Of a stretch of 64,000 nucleotides of DNA, positions 27,136 to 40,906 are shown piece after piece (position 1 is the stretch's first letter; every line of letters starts with the position of its first letter). The position numbers and the translations under genes are program-made. Source of the DNA: the human T2T-CHM13v2.0 reference genome, Homo sapiens. The DNA lies in NCBI RefSeq assembly GCF_009914755.1, contig NC_060930.1; one strand, 5' to 3'. The notes beneath the pieces were generated by a model, which saw only the letters and a program-made list of their open reading frames with translations, made no database searches and was not told the origin of the DNA.

Positions 27136-28004
27136 CACAAATATCTTAAATACCATGTTTAATACCTCTAATAGCTCTACTTTTTTGGTCTATTTCTTTA
27201 TATTTTTCCTTTTGGTTTTTGGTTACCTGTTTTTGTCCTGATAATGCCTGGTAATTATTTCTTAAATGTACAACATTACATAATGTTATATAAACCGTTT
27301 TAAAGAAATTTGAGGCTATGATGTTATTTTCCTAGACAGTCTATATATTTTTTTTTCCTTTTGGGCAGTGGTTATCACTTTTTCCAGTGCTTGAGTTTAT
27401 TTGAAACTGATCTTCAGTCTTTGTGAAAGATGGTTAATTCTAGTTAACCTTTTGGGATTATTTTTGAGAATCCCAAGCAAACAGCTGTTATGGTTATCAG
27501 ACTCCTTCTCTTTAGAGATCCTGAACCATAATCACATAAAACTGTTGGAATCTCTTCTCAGTTTTTCTCACCCACAATTTCTTGTTTATCTTCTCAGCTT
27601 GTTAGCCACTGCTTTAGAATCAGCAAATGTTTCAATAGGAAAAGTAGACTCAAACTGTCACGTTCTCTTTCTCTTCACATTTGGCCTCTCATGTCTTTGC
27701 TACCTTGGTAGTTTTCCAATGTACTTAAACAGATGGTTTTTTTTTTGTTTGTATTTTTTTCTAAATTTTATAGTTGTTCTCAAAATGAGAAATTGTCTGT
27801 GAGAGACAGGTTTACCAGTACTAAAAACAGAAATCTCTTTGTAGTTAACTTTTTATCTACAGATAAATCTTTGTGTATATTGCGTATGGATTGAATGTTT
27901 AAAAAATAGAAAATTGTGATTATCATTTAAAAATATTAGATATTATATTTTAACGTCATCATATTTATCCTCATGAACATCACAATCATCATCGTCATCA
28001 TCCT

Positions 28005-28255
28005 AGGCAAAGTGGATCACATAAGGAAAGCCAAACAAAACAAATTTTCTAAAAATACAAAGCAATTTAGTCTGACTTGGGCATAAATGTTGAGACAGGA
28101 ACCATGAAAGTAGCAGTTGGAATCAGATCATAGTTGGCACCCTATATCCAGAAAAAATTTGAAACTTATGCTCTGAGGCATGTAGAGCCTTTGAAAGGTA
28201 TAAAGCAGATGATCAGTGATGGCCATATAATTTTTAGAAGAGCGAGTTTTAGATT
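28005..28255 (-). mobile_element. L2 fragment
   Basis: 'ggaatcagatcatag...gaaacttatgctctgaggcatgtagagcctttgaaaggtataaagcag'. Confidence 0.55.
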
Positions 28256-29507
28256 TCATATTATTGAGGGGACTCCTGCCACTTAGTGGGAGGGTATCTG
28301 GGATTCTACTTCCCTTCAATGTGTAGGATATTTTCATAATGCAAATAAATTTTTCTTTCCCTCATGTGACTTTCAAATGTTGGATGTTCATTTACATTAA
28401 AACTGAGTTATAATAATCTGAACCTAGACTTTAACTCTGTTTTATATTTAAGTGCATACTATTTGTTTTAATATATATGAAATTTTCCAGGAATGCAACT
28501 ACCATGTAAATACAAAAAGATTTTTATTGCATTGCTGGTAACTTTATCAAGAGTTGTATATTTTTAAAGGAATTATGTCCTAAATGTCAGTGCTGCACAT
28601 GCTATTTGTTCACAACCACACATATCTGCATGCAGCTGTATTTGTCCATTTATCCATTGAGATTCTACATGTGGGTCCAGACAATAATGTACTTAATTAT
28701 GTCTTTGGGTATATTAGTGCCTGAGCATTTGTATATGGAAATATCATATCACAAATTACACTTATTTTATTTCATTGTTAGTGTTTTTATGTTATTTTAT
28801 TAGTTTTTGAAATTAAGCCCACTGATATGTTAAAATATCTATAAATTTGAATTTAGAACAGCAAAACTATATTAAAAAGCAAATCATATTAAAAGGAGAT
28901 GTTATGTCCCACAGTGCCATTGGTTGGAAGCACTGTTGTAACATGTATTTTTATTGCATAAAAATCATTCCTATGGCTATGCACGAAACATATATATCAT
29001 GGATAAAGTAAAAGAAAGGGTGACCAGCTTAGTGACCATTATATTAAATCATGCAAGGTAAAATTCTGAAAAAATCAATGAGTGTGGTGATAGAGAGAAA
29101 GAGATGTATTGGTGGTATATGAAAAAGTACAAATGGAAAGAAAGTAGGACTTGAAGCAAATCCAAGTTGGGAAAATGTTTTGTCCTATATAGACTTCAAG
29201 ATACCAATGTTTTTTAACATAAAAGGCTAGGTATGCATAGTCCTAGAAATGTGTGTGTACAAGGCAGCTTTGCTGTTTTCTAGCTCTGTAGAAACTCTTG
29301 TTACTGCACCTAGTTGTCACCAATAGACTCCAAAAACACGCATATGCCAAAAAACCTCAGTATCTTCCTACTTAAGCATTTTATCCCTATACTTTCATTA
29401 CTGATGGTTGATGCCATTACCAACTATTTAGTTACTCAAACTGAAAATCAACATTATGGTTTTTTATCGTAACCACAATTCACCTTTCACCAAGTTCTAT
29501 TGGGTAT

Positions 29508-30385
29508 TGATATGGTTTGTATCTGTGTCCCTACCCAAATCTTGCTGAGACCATCGGTCTTGGAGACCCTAACCCAGCGGTGTTAGAGGAATTAAAGACA
29601 CACACACAGAAATACCGAGTGCAGAGTGGGAATCAGAGTGCTGACAGCCTTCATATCTGAGAGCCATGAACAAGTTTTATCCCCATATTTATTAAGAGCA
29701 AGCCAGTGATAAGCATTCTTTCTATAGATTATAGATTAACTAAAACAGGAAACAAAGGGATGGGCTCTGGCTAGTTATCTGCAGCAGGAACATGTCCTTA
29801 AGACACAGATCTGTCATGCTATTGTTTGTGGTTCAGGAACGCCTTAAGTGGTTTTCTGCCCTGGGTGGGCCAGGCGTTCCTTGCCCTCATTCTGGTAAAC
29901 CAACAACCTTCAGTGTGGGCATCATAGCCATCATGAGCATGTCACAGTGCTGCAGAGATTTTGTTTATGGCCAATTTGGGGGCCTGTTTATGGCCAGATT
30001 TGGGGTCCTGTTCCCAACAAAATCTCATGTCAAATTATAATCCCCGATGTTGGAGGCAGGGCCTGGTTGGAGGTGATTGGATCATGAATGGTTTAGCACC
30101 ATCCTCTTGGTGATGCTCTCGTGAGAGTGAGTTCTTGTGAGATCTGATTATTTGAAAGTGTGTAGTATCTCCTCCCTCACTCTCTCTCTCTTGCTCCTGC
30201 TCTGGCCATGTAAGACAGCCTGCTCCCACTTGGCCTTCCACCATGAGTGTAAGCTCCCTGAGGCCTCCCAAGAAGCAGGTGCCTCCTGTACAGCCTGCAG
30301 AACTGTGAGCCAATTAAACCTCCTTTCTTATAAATTACCCAGTCTCAAGTGTTTCTTTAAAGCAATGCAAAAATTGGCTAATACA
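29508..30385 (+). mobile_element. MaLR solo LTR (MSTA-like), split by MER9
   Basis: tgatatggtttgtatctgtgtccctacccaaatct|...|catgtcaaattataatcccc...ggctaataca. Confidence 0.9.
29543..30019 (-). mobile_element. MER9 solo LTR (HERV-K HML-3)
   Basis: Reverse strand starts tgttgggaacaggaccccaaatctggccataaac; perfect 6-bp TSD AAATCT (29537-29542, 30020-30025). Confidence 0.9.
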
Positions 30386-32839
30386 GATACTCTTTAGAAA
30401 GGTTCATCATTTATCTCATTTCTCTCCTTACTGCCCTGTCTACCAAGTATAGGTCCTTGCCATCTTTCATTAGTCTCATGAAACTGCCTTCCAAAAGGTT
30501 TATGTGTCTCCAGACTTTACAACCCAAACTGATTCTGTCCATTGTGTAGAGTTGCTTAAAACTTCAATCAAATTATGTTTTTCTCCACTTAATACGCATT
30601 AACCAGTGGATGCTTCCTGACTCCCTTTTACTTTAGGTGAAACATTTGCAACTTTTATAATCTAAGATGGGTTCCAAAACAATTTTCTATTTTATCTTCT
30701 AACTATTCTTTCTCTTTGTCCAGTCCTTGGCTCTCACCATAGTAGATCATTTTGAATTCACCAAGCACATCATGTACAATCCCCATTCCATACTTTTGTT
30801 TTCTTCTTCATGCATTCCAGAGGCTTAGTGCTGGGTCCATTGTCCTTTATCAATTGTAGATTAAATAGGGTGTTTATGGTTACTTCAATAAAAAGTATTG
30901 GGCATCATGCTGTTGGTAAGAAGCATAATTGCCCATTATGTCACCTTATTCCCTGTGAAAATAAACTCTAACTTGTATCTTTTGACCTCGTACTCTTATA
31001 TAGAACAAAATTTTCTTAAGGCTAACAAGCGTCTATTTCAACCAAATCAGACAAAAGTAGTAAATTATTCCTGCTAAACAGATTGTAGTCCTCAACAAAG
31101 CCCATAAAATGTGTTTAGCTTAATCAACTATTATTGGAAATGAGAATCATTTTCAAATTGCTCCAAAGGAAAACAAACCAACAAACTTGTAAACATGTAC
31201 TTGGCACAGAAATTCAGCTTAATTGAGCTGAAATTTTAAAGAGAGAGAGAGTGAAAGAGAGCTAGAGTGAGAAGCATGTTTGATGAGGGCTGGAAAACCT
31301 ACATGTCAGCAATAATAAACTTGTTATTTAATAAGGTTAATAATAGATAAAGTAACCTAAAGATGAATTGTTATCACAGTTGACGACCGTTTTATTAAAA
31401 TGTTAATGGCCTGAGGCAAAAACAAACTGTTCTCTTAATCTGCCAGAGAACTGCTTTTTTTTTTGTTTTAAGGGATTATCATACCCCATAGCACATGAGA
31501 TTTGAACAAGCCATGATAAGCATATTTGAAATTTGGACTAGACACCACTCCTGAGATCTTAACTTGACTTAAACTATGAATGCCTTTCACATGCTCATTC
31601 ATGGTCATACCTCTTCCTGTTATCAGCAAAATGTATGACACATTTTCACACATGGAAATTTATTGAAAGAAATTTCTATATATGAGTTTCATTTTTCTTT
31701 TCAAGGTTGAAAGGCATAACTAGCGAGGTTTTCTTTTGTTTTGTTCTGTTTCTATTTGTTTGTTTTTTTTTCTTCTCACCTACCTCCACGCACATAATAG
31801 CAAGCAAAAGACATTCTCTAGCAAATGCAATTGCCCACACCATACAATGGGCCTTTTCTATAACGGCTGGACTAAAAATGAAAGTATTCAGCAGCACTGT
31901 CAAGGACAATCAAGTGAGTCAACCCAAAGCTGACTGTGTATAAATGTGATGAATTACATTGTGATTTGTTTGGGCCCATAACTAGAACCCTGAAAGACCT
32001 CTGTCAGATAATAGTGTTTTCTACCAATGTGATATTAGCTCAGATCACAAAGAAAACAGAATTCACATTCAATTCTTTCTTATCAACATTTTTCACAATT
32101 TTTTACTTATAGATATATAGCTATATGTAGTGTATGTTAGTGAAAAAAATGCAAATTATAAATATGACATAATATTAACTGTAGTATTGTGTCTCTGAAA
32201 GAGGAATAATAATAACTATTCAATATATTTTACATTATAAGTGATTTTACATTGTAAGTGATGGGCAGTTGCAAGAAGATGAAGTTGACAGTTATGAAAA
32301 GCTGTCATGCTAGAGTGAGAGGAGCATCAATTCAGGGCAGGAAAAGACCTGGAATCTACCTTTTCTAAGGAGGGCTAGTGAACACCCAAGGTCACATGCT
32401 AGAGTTTTAATACAGAAATCCCATAAGATAGACAGAAGCAAAAATCTTCATAAGTCTAAATATGAAGAAAAAATAGAAAATCCAAACAACTGCTAGCTCC
32501 AGGGAGTAGGAAGTAGTCTATAAGACCCTGAAGTATGATCAGCACAAGCAAATTGGGCTGTAGCATCTGATCTTGTTTTTATGTTCCTTATACATTGGAG
32601 AAAACGGTAGGGTAGACATTTTGAACCTAAAAGCAATTATCTATATCTTTAATGACAATATTTTTATTGTTGGTTTTCTGACTATAAAAAATACATAGTT
32701 TTAAAAACATTAGGAGTTTGATTATGTGTAATTCATAAATATGTTTTCATGCTAATAAATACATCATTACCTACTGGGGTAAAAGGAAAACATGGCCATA
32801 GTGTTTTTTAGCTTCTCCCATCAAAAGGCAAAACTAATT

Positions 32840-32934
32840 CTTTTCCTTCCCTCCCTTTCTCCCTTCCTTCTTTCCTTCCTTCCTTCCTCCCTTTCTGTTT
32901 CTCTCCTTCCTTCCTTCTTTCTTTTTCTTTCTTT

Positions 32935-32965
<31 letters not shown>

Positions 32966-33030
32966 TCTTTTTCTTTTCTTTTTCTTTTCTTTCTTCTTTC
33001 TCTCTCTCTCTTTCTCTCTCTTTCCTTCTT
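32840..33030. repeat. Polypyrimidine (CTTC/CTTT/CT)n tract
   Basis: Directly visible; source of the low-complexity ORFs at 32792-33142. Confidence 0.95.
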
Positions 33031-33199
33031 GTTGAAATGCATAGTTTTAAAAAATCATCCACATTTTTGTTTATTTCGTGTTTTGCTTGCTATTTTTGAA
33101 GCTATAAATATACATTTTATTTGCATTTTTGGTAAGCCTTAGTAAAAAATTATTTGCAGTTTTAAATACAAAGTCGTTTGAAAAAACACCATGAATGTT

Positions 33200-33740
33200 C
33201 ATGTACCCATTAACAAATTCAATAATAAAAAGTTACTAATAGAGTTGAAGACTTTAATACTAATAGAACCCACCTTGTCTGCCCACTGCTCATAGAGCAC
33301 ACCATGATTCACTTATGCAGTCTTATATATATAATATCCACTTTTTGGCTACTACTTACAGTCCTGCTAGAAACTTTCTTTTACATGTCTTTTGGTACAT
33401 ACATATATATGACAGGTTTATATACATAGAAGTGATATCGCTGTTCATAGGATATGAAAAGTTCAGCTTTTTGTTGATGTTCCCAAATACTTTACAAAGA
33501 GTTTCAAAGAATTTGTGCTGCTGCCCACACACAATAAGAATTCCAGTTATTTAGAATTCCTTGACAAAACTTGAAATCATCATTTTTTTCACTAGTCATT
33601 CTATTTGGTTTGTATACTTTTTGGTTTTAATTTGTATTTCCCTTATACATAATGAAATTGAGAACTTATCATTGGCCCTTGGGACCATTTTGATATTTTA
33701 CTTGTATAATTTGATATTTAAAAATTTATTTGAAGACCTT
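33200..33740 (-). mobile_element. Ancient L1ME fragment
   Basis: 'gttcagcttttt...aagaattccagtt...ttggttttaatttgtatttccctt'. Confidence 0.5.
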
Positions 33741-33816
33741 TGATGTTTATTAAGGGATAAACAAAAATTTACATTCTATATAGCACACTTTAAAAATTTG
33801 CAGGCTAATGCCAATA

Positions 33817-34970
33817 TAGCCGTGTGCTATGTAACGACATTTGGCCAGCAATGGACCCTAAGATTATAATGGAGATGAAAATCCCTATCTCTTAGTGGCA
33901 CTATAACTGTCTTAATGTCATATTATGACACATTACTCACATGGTCGTGGTGATGCTGATGTAAACAAACCTACTGCCAATTGTATAAAAGTATAGCACA
34001 TACTATTATCTATAGTCTACAATATTTTATAATAATAAACAACTATGTATTTGGTTTGTGTATTTATTATGCTTTTTGTCATTATTTTAGAATGTACATC
34101 TTCTACTTATTAAAAAAGTTAACTGTAAAAGAGCCTCAGGCAGTGCCTTCTTCTGGGATACTTCTTCAGTATCCCAGAAGAAGGCATTGTTATCATAGAA
34201 GATGACAATTTCATGCATGTTATTGCCTCTGAAAGCCTCCCAGCGGGACAAGATGTGGAGGTTGAAGACAACGATAGTGATGATCCTGTTCCTGCACAGG
34301 CCTGGGTTCATGTGTGTGTTTGTGTATTAGTTTTTAACAAAAATTTGAAAAGTAAAAAAAAAAAAACAACTTTAGAATAAATATATAAACAAAGTATTTT
34401 ATAGCGATACAATGCGTTTGTGCTTTCAGTGAAATGTCATTATAAAAGGATCAAAAAGTTAAAAAAACTTAAAAGTACATAAAGTAAAATAGTTATAGTA
34501 AGCTAAGGTTAATTTATTATTAAATAAAGAAAAAAATTAAGTAAATGTCATGTAGCCTAAGTGTACGGTGTTTGTAAAGTCTACAGTAGTGAACAGCTAA
34601 TGTCCTAGGCCTTCACATTCACTCACCACTCATTCACTGACTCACTCAGAGCAGCTTTCAGTCCTGCAAGCTCCATTTGTGGAAAGTGTCCTATACAGAT
34701 GTACCATTGTTTTTTGTCTTTAAACAGTATTTTTACTGTACATTTTCTGCTTAGATATACAAATATCGTTGTGTCCAATTGCCTGCAGTATTCAGTATGG
34801 TAACATGCTGTATATGTTTATAGCCTAGAAGCAATAAGCTACAGTATAGACTCAGTGTGTAGTGGGCTATATCATCTAGGTTTGTGTAAATACACTCTAT
34901 AATGTTCATGCAACAACAAAATCACCTAATGAAGCATTTCTCAGAAGGTATCCTCATCATTAAGAGACTG
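33817..34970 (+). mobile_element. Tigger3b (GOLEM/MER7 family)
   Basis: 'gatgtaaacaaacctactgc', 'cagaagaaggcattgttatcatag', 'aatcacctaatgaagcatttctcagaa'; TA at both ends. Confidence 0.88.
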
Positions 34971-35249
34971 TAATTTGTCTATAGATTCTTGTGAATTTTA
35001 TGAAACTAGTTTTATTTCCTTCCTTCCTTCTTTCCATTCTTCCTTCATTTCTTTCTTTTTCCTTTTTTCCTTTTTCTACTAGCTATGACCTTTAATAAAA
35101 TATCAAATAAAAGTAGTGGTTGAAATCCGAGGGGGATTTCTGTATTTCACCATTGAGCTAGTTTTAACTGTTTATATCTTTTAGTCTTAATTAGATTAAG
35201 GGAGTTCCCTTTTTCTTCCCAGTTTGCTAAGGATTTTATGATGAGTGGA

Positions 35250-36677
35250 TGTGACGGTTAATACTGAGTGTCAACTTGATTGGACTGAAGGATACAAAGT
35301 ATTGATCCTGGGTGTGTCTGTGTGAGTGTTGCCAAAAAAGATCAGCATTTGCGTCAGTGGTGTGGGGAAGGCAGATCCACCCTCAATCTGGTGGGCACAA
35401 TCTAACCAGCTGCCATCGAATGTAAAGCAGGCAGAAAAACGTGAAAAAGAGAGACTGGCCTAGTCTCCGAGCCTACATCTTTCTCCCATGCTGGATGCTT
35501 CTTGCCCTCGAAAATCAGACACCAAGTTCTTCAGCTGTGGGACTCAGACTGGCTCCCCTGCTCCTCAGCTTGCAGACAGCCTATTGTGGGACCTTGTGAT
35601 TGTGTAAGTTAATAATTAATAAATTCCCATAAAAATATGATATATATATCCATATGAGATATATATCCATATGATATATGGATATATATCATATGATATA
35701 TATATATCTCATATATATATCTCATATATATATCTCATATATATCATATGATTATATATCGCATATGATATATATGATATATATATCTCATATGATATAT
35801 ATGAGATATATATCATATGAGATATATGATATATATCTCATATGATATATATGTCTATATGATATACATGATATATATGTCTATATGATATACATGATAT
35901 ATATGTCTATATGATATACATGATATATATGTCTATATGATATACATGATATATATGTCTATATGATATACATGATATATATGTCTATATGATATACATG
36001 ATATATATGTCTATATGATATACATGATATATATGTCTATATGATATACATGATATATGTCTATATGATATATATGATATATGTCTATATGATATATATG
36101 ATATATGTCTATATGATATATATGATATATATGTCTATATGATATATATGATATATATGTCTATATGATATATATGATATATATGTATCTATGATATATA
36201 TGATATATATGTATCTATGATATATATGTATCTATGATATATATGATATATATGTATCTATGATATATATGATATATATGTATCTATGATATATATGATA
36301 TATATGTATCTATGATATATATGATATATGTATCTATGATATATATGATATATGTATCTATGATATATATGATATATGTATCTATGATATATATGATATA
36401 TGTATCTATGATATATATGATATATGTATCTATGATATATATGATATATGTATCTATGATATATATGATATATGTATCTATGATATGTATCCTATTAGGA
36501 TATCTATGTATCTATATGACTAATAGGATATCTATATATATGATATCTATATATCTATATATCTATATAACTAATAGGATATATATATATTATATATATC
36601 CTATTAGTTCCTATATAGGAGATCTATATATATATATTCTATTAGTTCTATTCCTCTAGAGAACCCTGACTAACACA
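35250..36677 (+). mobile_element. MLT2A1 (HERV-L) solo LTR with expanded internal repeat
   Basis: tgtgacggttaatactgagtgtcaacttgattgg...ctagagaaccctgactaacaca; perfect TSD GTGGA (35245-35249, 36678-36682). Confidence 0.92.
35635..36640. repeat. ~1-kb TA-derived compound minisatellite (24/26-bp units)
   Basis: Blocks of gtctatatgatatacatgatatatat, gtctatatgatatatatgatatat and gtatctatgatatatatgatatat. Confidence 0.97.
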
Positions 36678-36699
36678 GTGGACATTAATTTTTAGTTAA

Positions 36700-38050
<1,351 letters not shown>

Positions 38051-38079
38051 AATTTAAAAATAACTATAATCAATATTTT

Positions 38080-39330
38080 CAAGAAAATGGAGCAAAAGAG
38101 AATTTTGGCAGAAAATTGGAAGCTCTAAAAGGTATCAAATAAAAAGGAAATAATAGAAGCTTAAAACTACAGTAACTAAAAATAAAAATCCAATATCCAA
38201 AGAAAAGCCCTTCTGAACAAAACAAAACAAAACAAAAAACTAAACTACATCTCTGGAAAAAAAGGAAAGAAAATCCTGAAAAGAATATGAGACCTGTGGA
38301 ACACATATATATAAAACGAGTATAATTGGAGTCCCAGAAAAAGAGAAAGACAATTTAAAATTTAAATAGTTGAACAATTTTCAAAGTCCACTAAAGACAT
38401 CAAGCTATAGATTTAAACGTTGTATATTTTTAATGTAGGTATATTAAAGAGAAACAACACCTATGCGCATCATAGTTACACTATCATTGTAATTTCTGAA
38501 CATAGAATCAGAAAGTCTAAAACAAAGTACTAGAAATCCAGATTAATAAGTAAACGATAATGCATCATTATAAATATTTTATTTCAGAAATGCAAAATTA
38601 ACTCAACGTTATAATATAAATGAAATAATCAAATATAGAAAAACCGTATGACCACATAAAATATATAGAAAAAACATTTGATTAAATTCAACATTCAATC
38701 ATCATAAACCATTTAGCAAACTAAGGAAGGAGGATAACTTCCTTAATTTGGTATAGAGTGTCTTTAAAACTTTACAGATAATATCACACTTAATGGTGGA
38801 ATATTGAGATGCTCTTCTCTTAGATTTAGTGTGAGAAGAAATGCTATCAACATTTTTATTCTTTATAGTCCTGGAGGTCCTAGTCAGTGCAATCAAACAA
38901 GGGAAATAATATAAGGATTATAGATACAATTGTTCTTATTGTCAGATAACACTATTGTGAATTTAGATAACTCAGTTCACAGTTAGAATATTCAAGCTAA
39001 TCAATTAACTTAACAAGTTTCTGGCTTACAAGTTCAATATAAACATTAGTGAAGTTCCACATTCCACCAACTACAAAATAATGTCACTTGTAATAGCATC
39101 AAAATGCATACAAATAAGAAGCTGGAAGCAAACTAGATGTTCAGCAAGTTAGATATATTTTGATATTTCCATACTCAAGAGTTACTATGTAGAAAAATGT
39201 TGAAAAGAATAAAGTAGATCTATAATATTGAATTGGAAAGATTTATAATGATATACATGTATATTTTTAAAATCCGTAGTGGCTTAAGTATCCAGTAGAA
39301 AGTATAAAATTATGTTGTCAGTCAATAAAT
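38080..39330 (+). mobile_element. Ancient L1M fragments (ORF1/ORF2-like)
   Basis: 'ataattggagtcccagaaaaagag', 'catttgattaaattcaaca', 'gtcctggaggtcctagtcagtgcaat'. Confidence 0.6.
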
Positions 39331-39340
39331 AAATGTATTC

Positions 39341-39738
39341 TGGTATAGTTTGGATATTTGTCCTCAACAAAATCTCATATTGAATTGTAATCCTCAATGC
39401 TGGAAGCGGGGCCTGGTGTTTGGGTCATGGGGGTGGATCTCTCATGGCTTGGTGCTGTCTTCTTGACAGTGAGTAAGTTCTCATGAGATCTGGTTGTTAA
39501 GTGTGTGGCATCTCCTGCCTCTCTCTCTTGCTCTGGCTCTGGCCATGTGATGTATCTGCTCCCCCTTCACCTTCCACCACGACTGTAAATTTCCAGAGGC
39601 CTCCTCAGAAGCTGAGCAGATATCAGCACCATGCTTCCTGTAAAGCCTGTATAACTATGAACCAATTCAAACTATTCTCTTTATAAGTTACCCACTCTCA
39701 GGTATTTCTTTATAGCCATGCAAAAATGGCCTAAGGCA
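39341..39738 (+). mobile_element. MaLR solo LTR (MSTB-like)
   Basis: tggtatagtttggatatttgtcc...atggcctaaggca; perfect TSD TATTC. Confidence 0.9.
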
Positions 39739-40039
39739 TATTCAAAATGAATAGTGAAAATAAATACTGATTTTAATTATAGGACTTATGCACAAACTTT
39801 GCTTAGCACACCCATTTTCTCTACTTCTTATAAAGGTTTTCTTTTTCTGTTACTGAAAGTTTGGATTTCCTATATTAATCTATTCCTCTCTTACAAAGAT
39901 TAAAATGATCTAGTGTAGGGAATTAGAATATCCTTTAAAATATCATAATAGAAATTCTGAGTAGAAAAGTGGGAGGAGGAGAAATGTAGATCACTTTCTA
40001 TTTTGGCAGCCCATAACCTGTGGAAAGACGGCAAGAAAC

Positions 40040-40265
40040 ATTCGTTGAAACTTCTGAACTCCAAATCCTGCGCTAATTAAATGCTTCATATGTATCAACT
40101 GTCTTTATCCTCTTTGGTAATGCATGTTACTGTACTCTTTGTACAAAAGAAGAATATGACATTTAAAGAAGTCTGGAAATTTGTCTAAAGTCAAAAGTCG
40201 TGAACTTATCTGAGATCTTCTCTGTGGGACTAAAAAGTCCAGGCTCATTCTTTATCCCAAAGCTA
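40040..40265 (-). mobile_element. MIR remnant
   Basis: 'aaatgcttcatatgtatc...tttgtacaaaagaagaatatga...atttgtctaaagtca'. Confidence 0.45.
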
Positions 40266-40284
40266 CTTATATTATGTATATCTC

Positions 40285-40415
40285 AACCACCTAGAGATCT
40301 TGGTAAAATGTAGGTTCTGAATCGGTAAGGGTGGAGTGCAAAATACTGCTTTTTCAACAAACTCTTAGGTGGTACCAATGCTGAAAGTCCAAGGTGCACA
40401 CTAGGAGCAGCAAAG
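40285..40415. mobile_element. MER5-family hAT MITE
   Basis: 'cacctagagatcttggtaaaatgtaggttctga...ttttcaacaaactcttaggtg'. Confidence 0.6.
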
Positions 40416-40442
40416 CAGTTTACAACTTATTGCACGACATTT

Positions 40443-40906
40443 TGATGCAGGCAAACCCCCATATCAGGGCTCAGCTTGGGAGGGTTCTTGGCTTCACTCA
40501 GGAAAAAATTCAAGAGTGAGCCAACAGTGGAAGAAAGCGATTTTATTAGAGCGATAGCGTGCAGCAAAATTGCTGCTCCGTAGACAGAGCAGGGGTATCC
40601 CACAGGCAGAGTAGCACTCCTGGATTGCTGGCTAGCTATATTTACACCTACTTCTAATTATATGCTGAATCAGGGGAGGATTATTAATGAGCTTTCTAAA
40701 AAAGCATCAGGGAGTTCCCCGAACCATATATGGAAACTTCTGGCCATTGCTATGTCATTTGTAAACTGCCATGGTGTTGGTGGGAGTGTCTTATAGCATA
40801 CGAATGTATTATAATTCCCAGTCCTAGCTGGTTGGCTGGTTTCTTTGCTACATCCTGTTTTGATCAGCAGGGTTGTGAAAACAAGTCCTGTTGACCTCCT
40901 ACCTCA
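40443..40906 (-). mobile_element. ERV1 (MER4-group) solo LTR, MER66-like
   Basis: Reverse strand starts tgaggtaggaggtcaacaggacttgttttc; TG...CA termini; subfamily from memory. Confidence 0.7.

Larger units (their letters stand above)
29305..30870 (+). mobile_element. L2 fragment, split by MSTA/MER9
   Basis: 'ttagttactcaaactgaaaa...caccaagttctattg' resumes after 30390 with 'gccatctttcattag...aactgccttccaaaagg'. Confidence 0.55.

Noticed and set aside
32792-33142. F/L/S-rich and K/E/R-rich ORFs on both strands
   Set aside because: Products of the CT-rich simple repeat
35635-36640. CRISPR-like array
   Set aside because: Contiguous tandem units with no unique spacers or cas genes; human context
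36312-36659. 115-aa ORF with MIYMIYVS repeats
   Set aside because: Translation of the 24-bp minisatellite unit; no gene context
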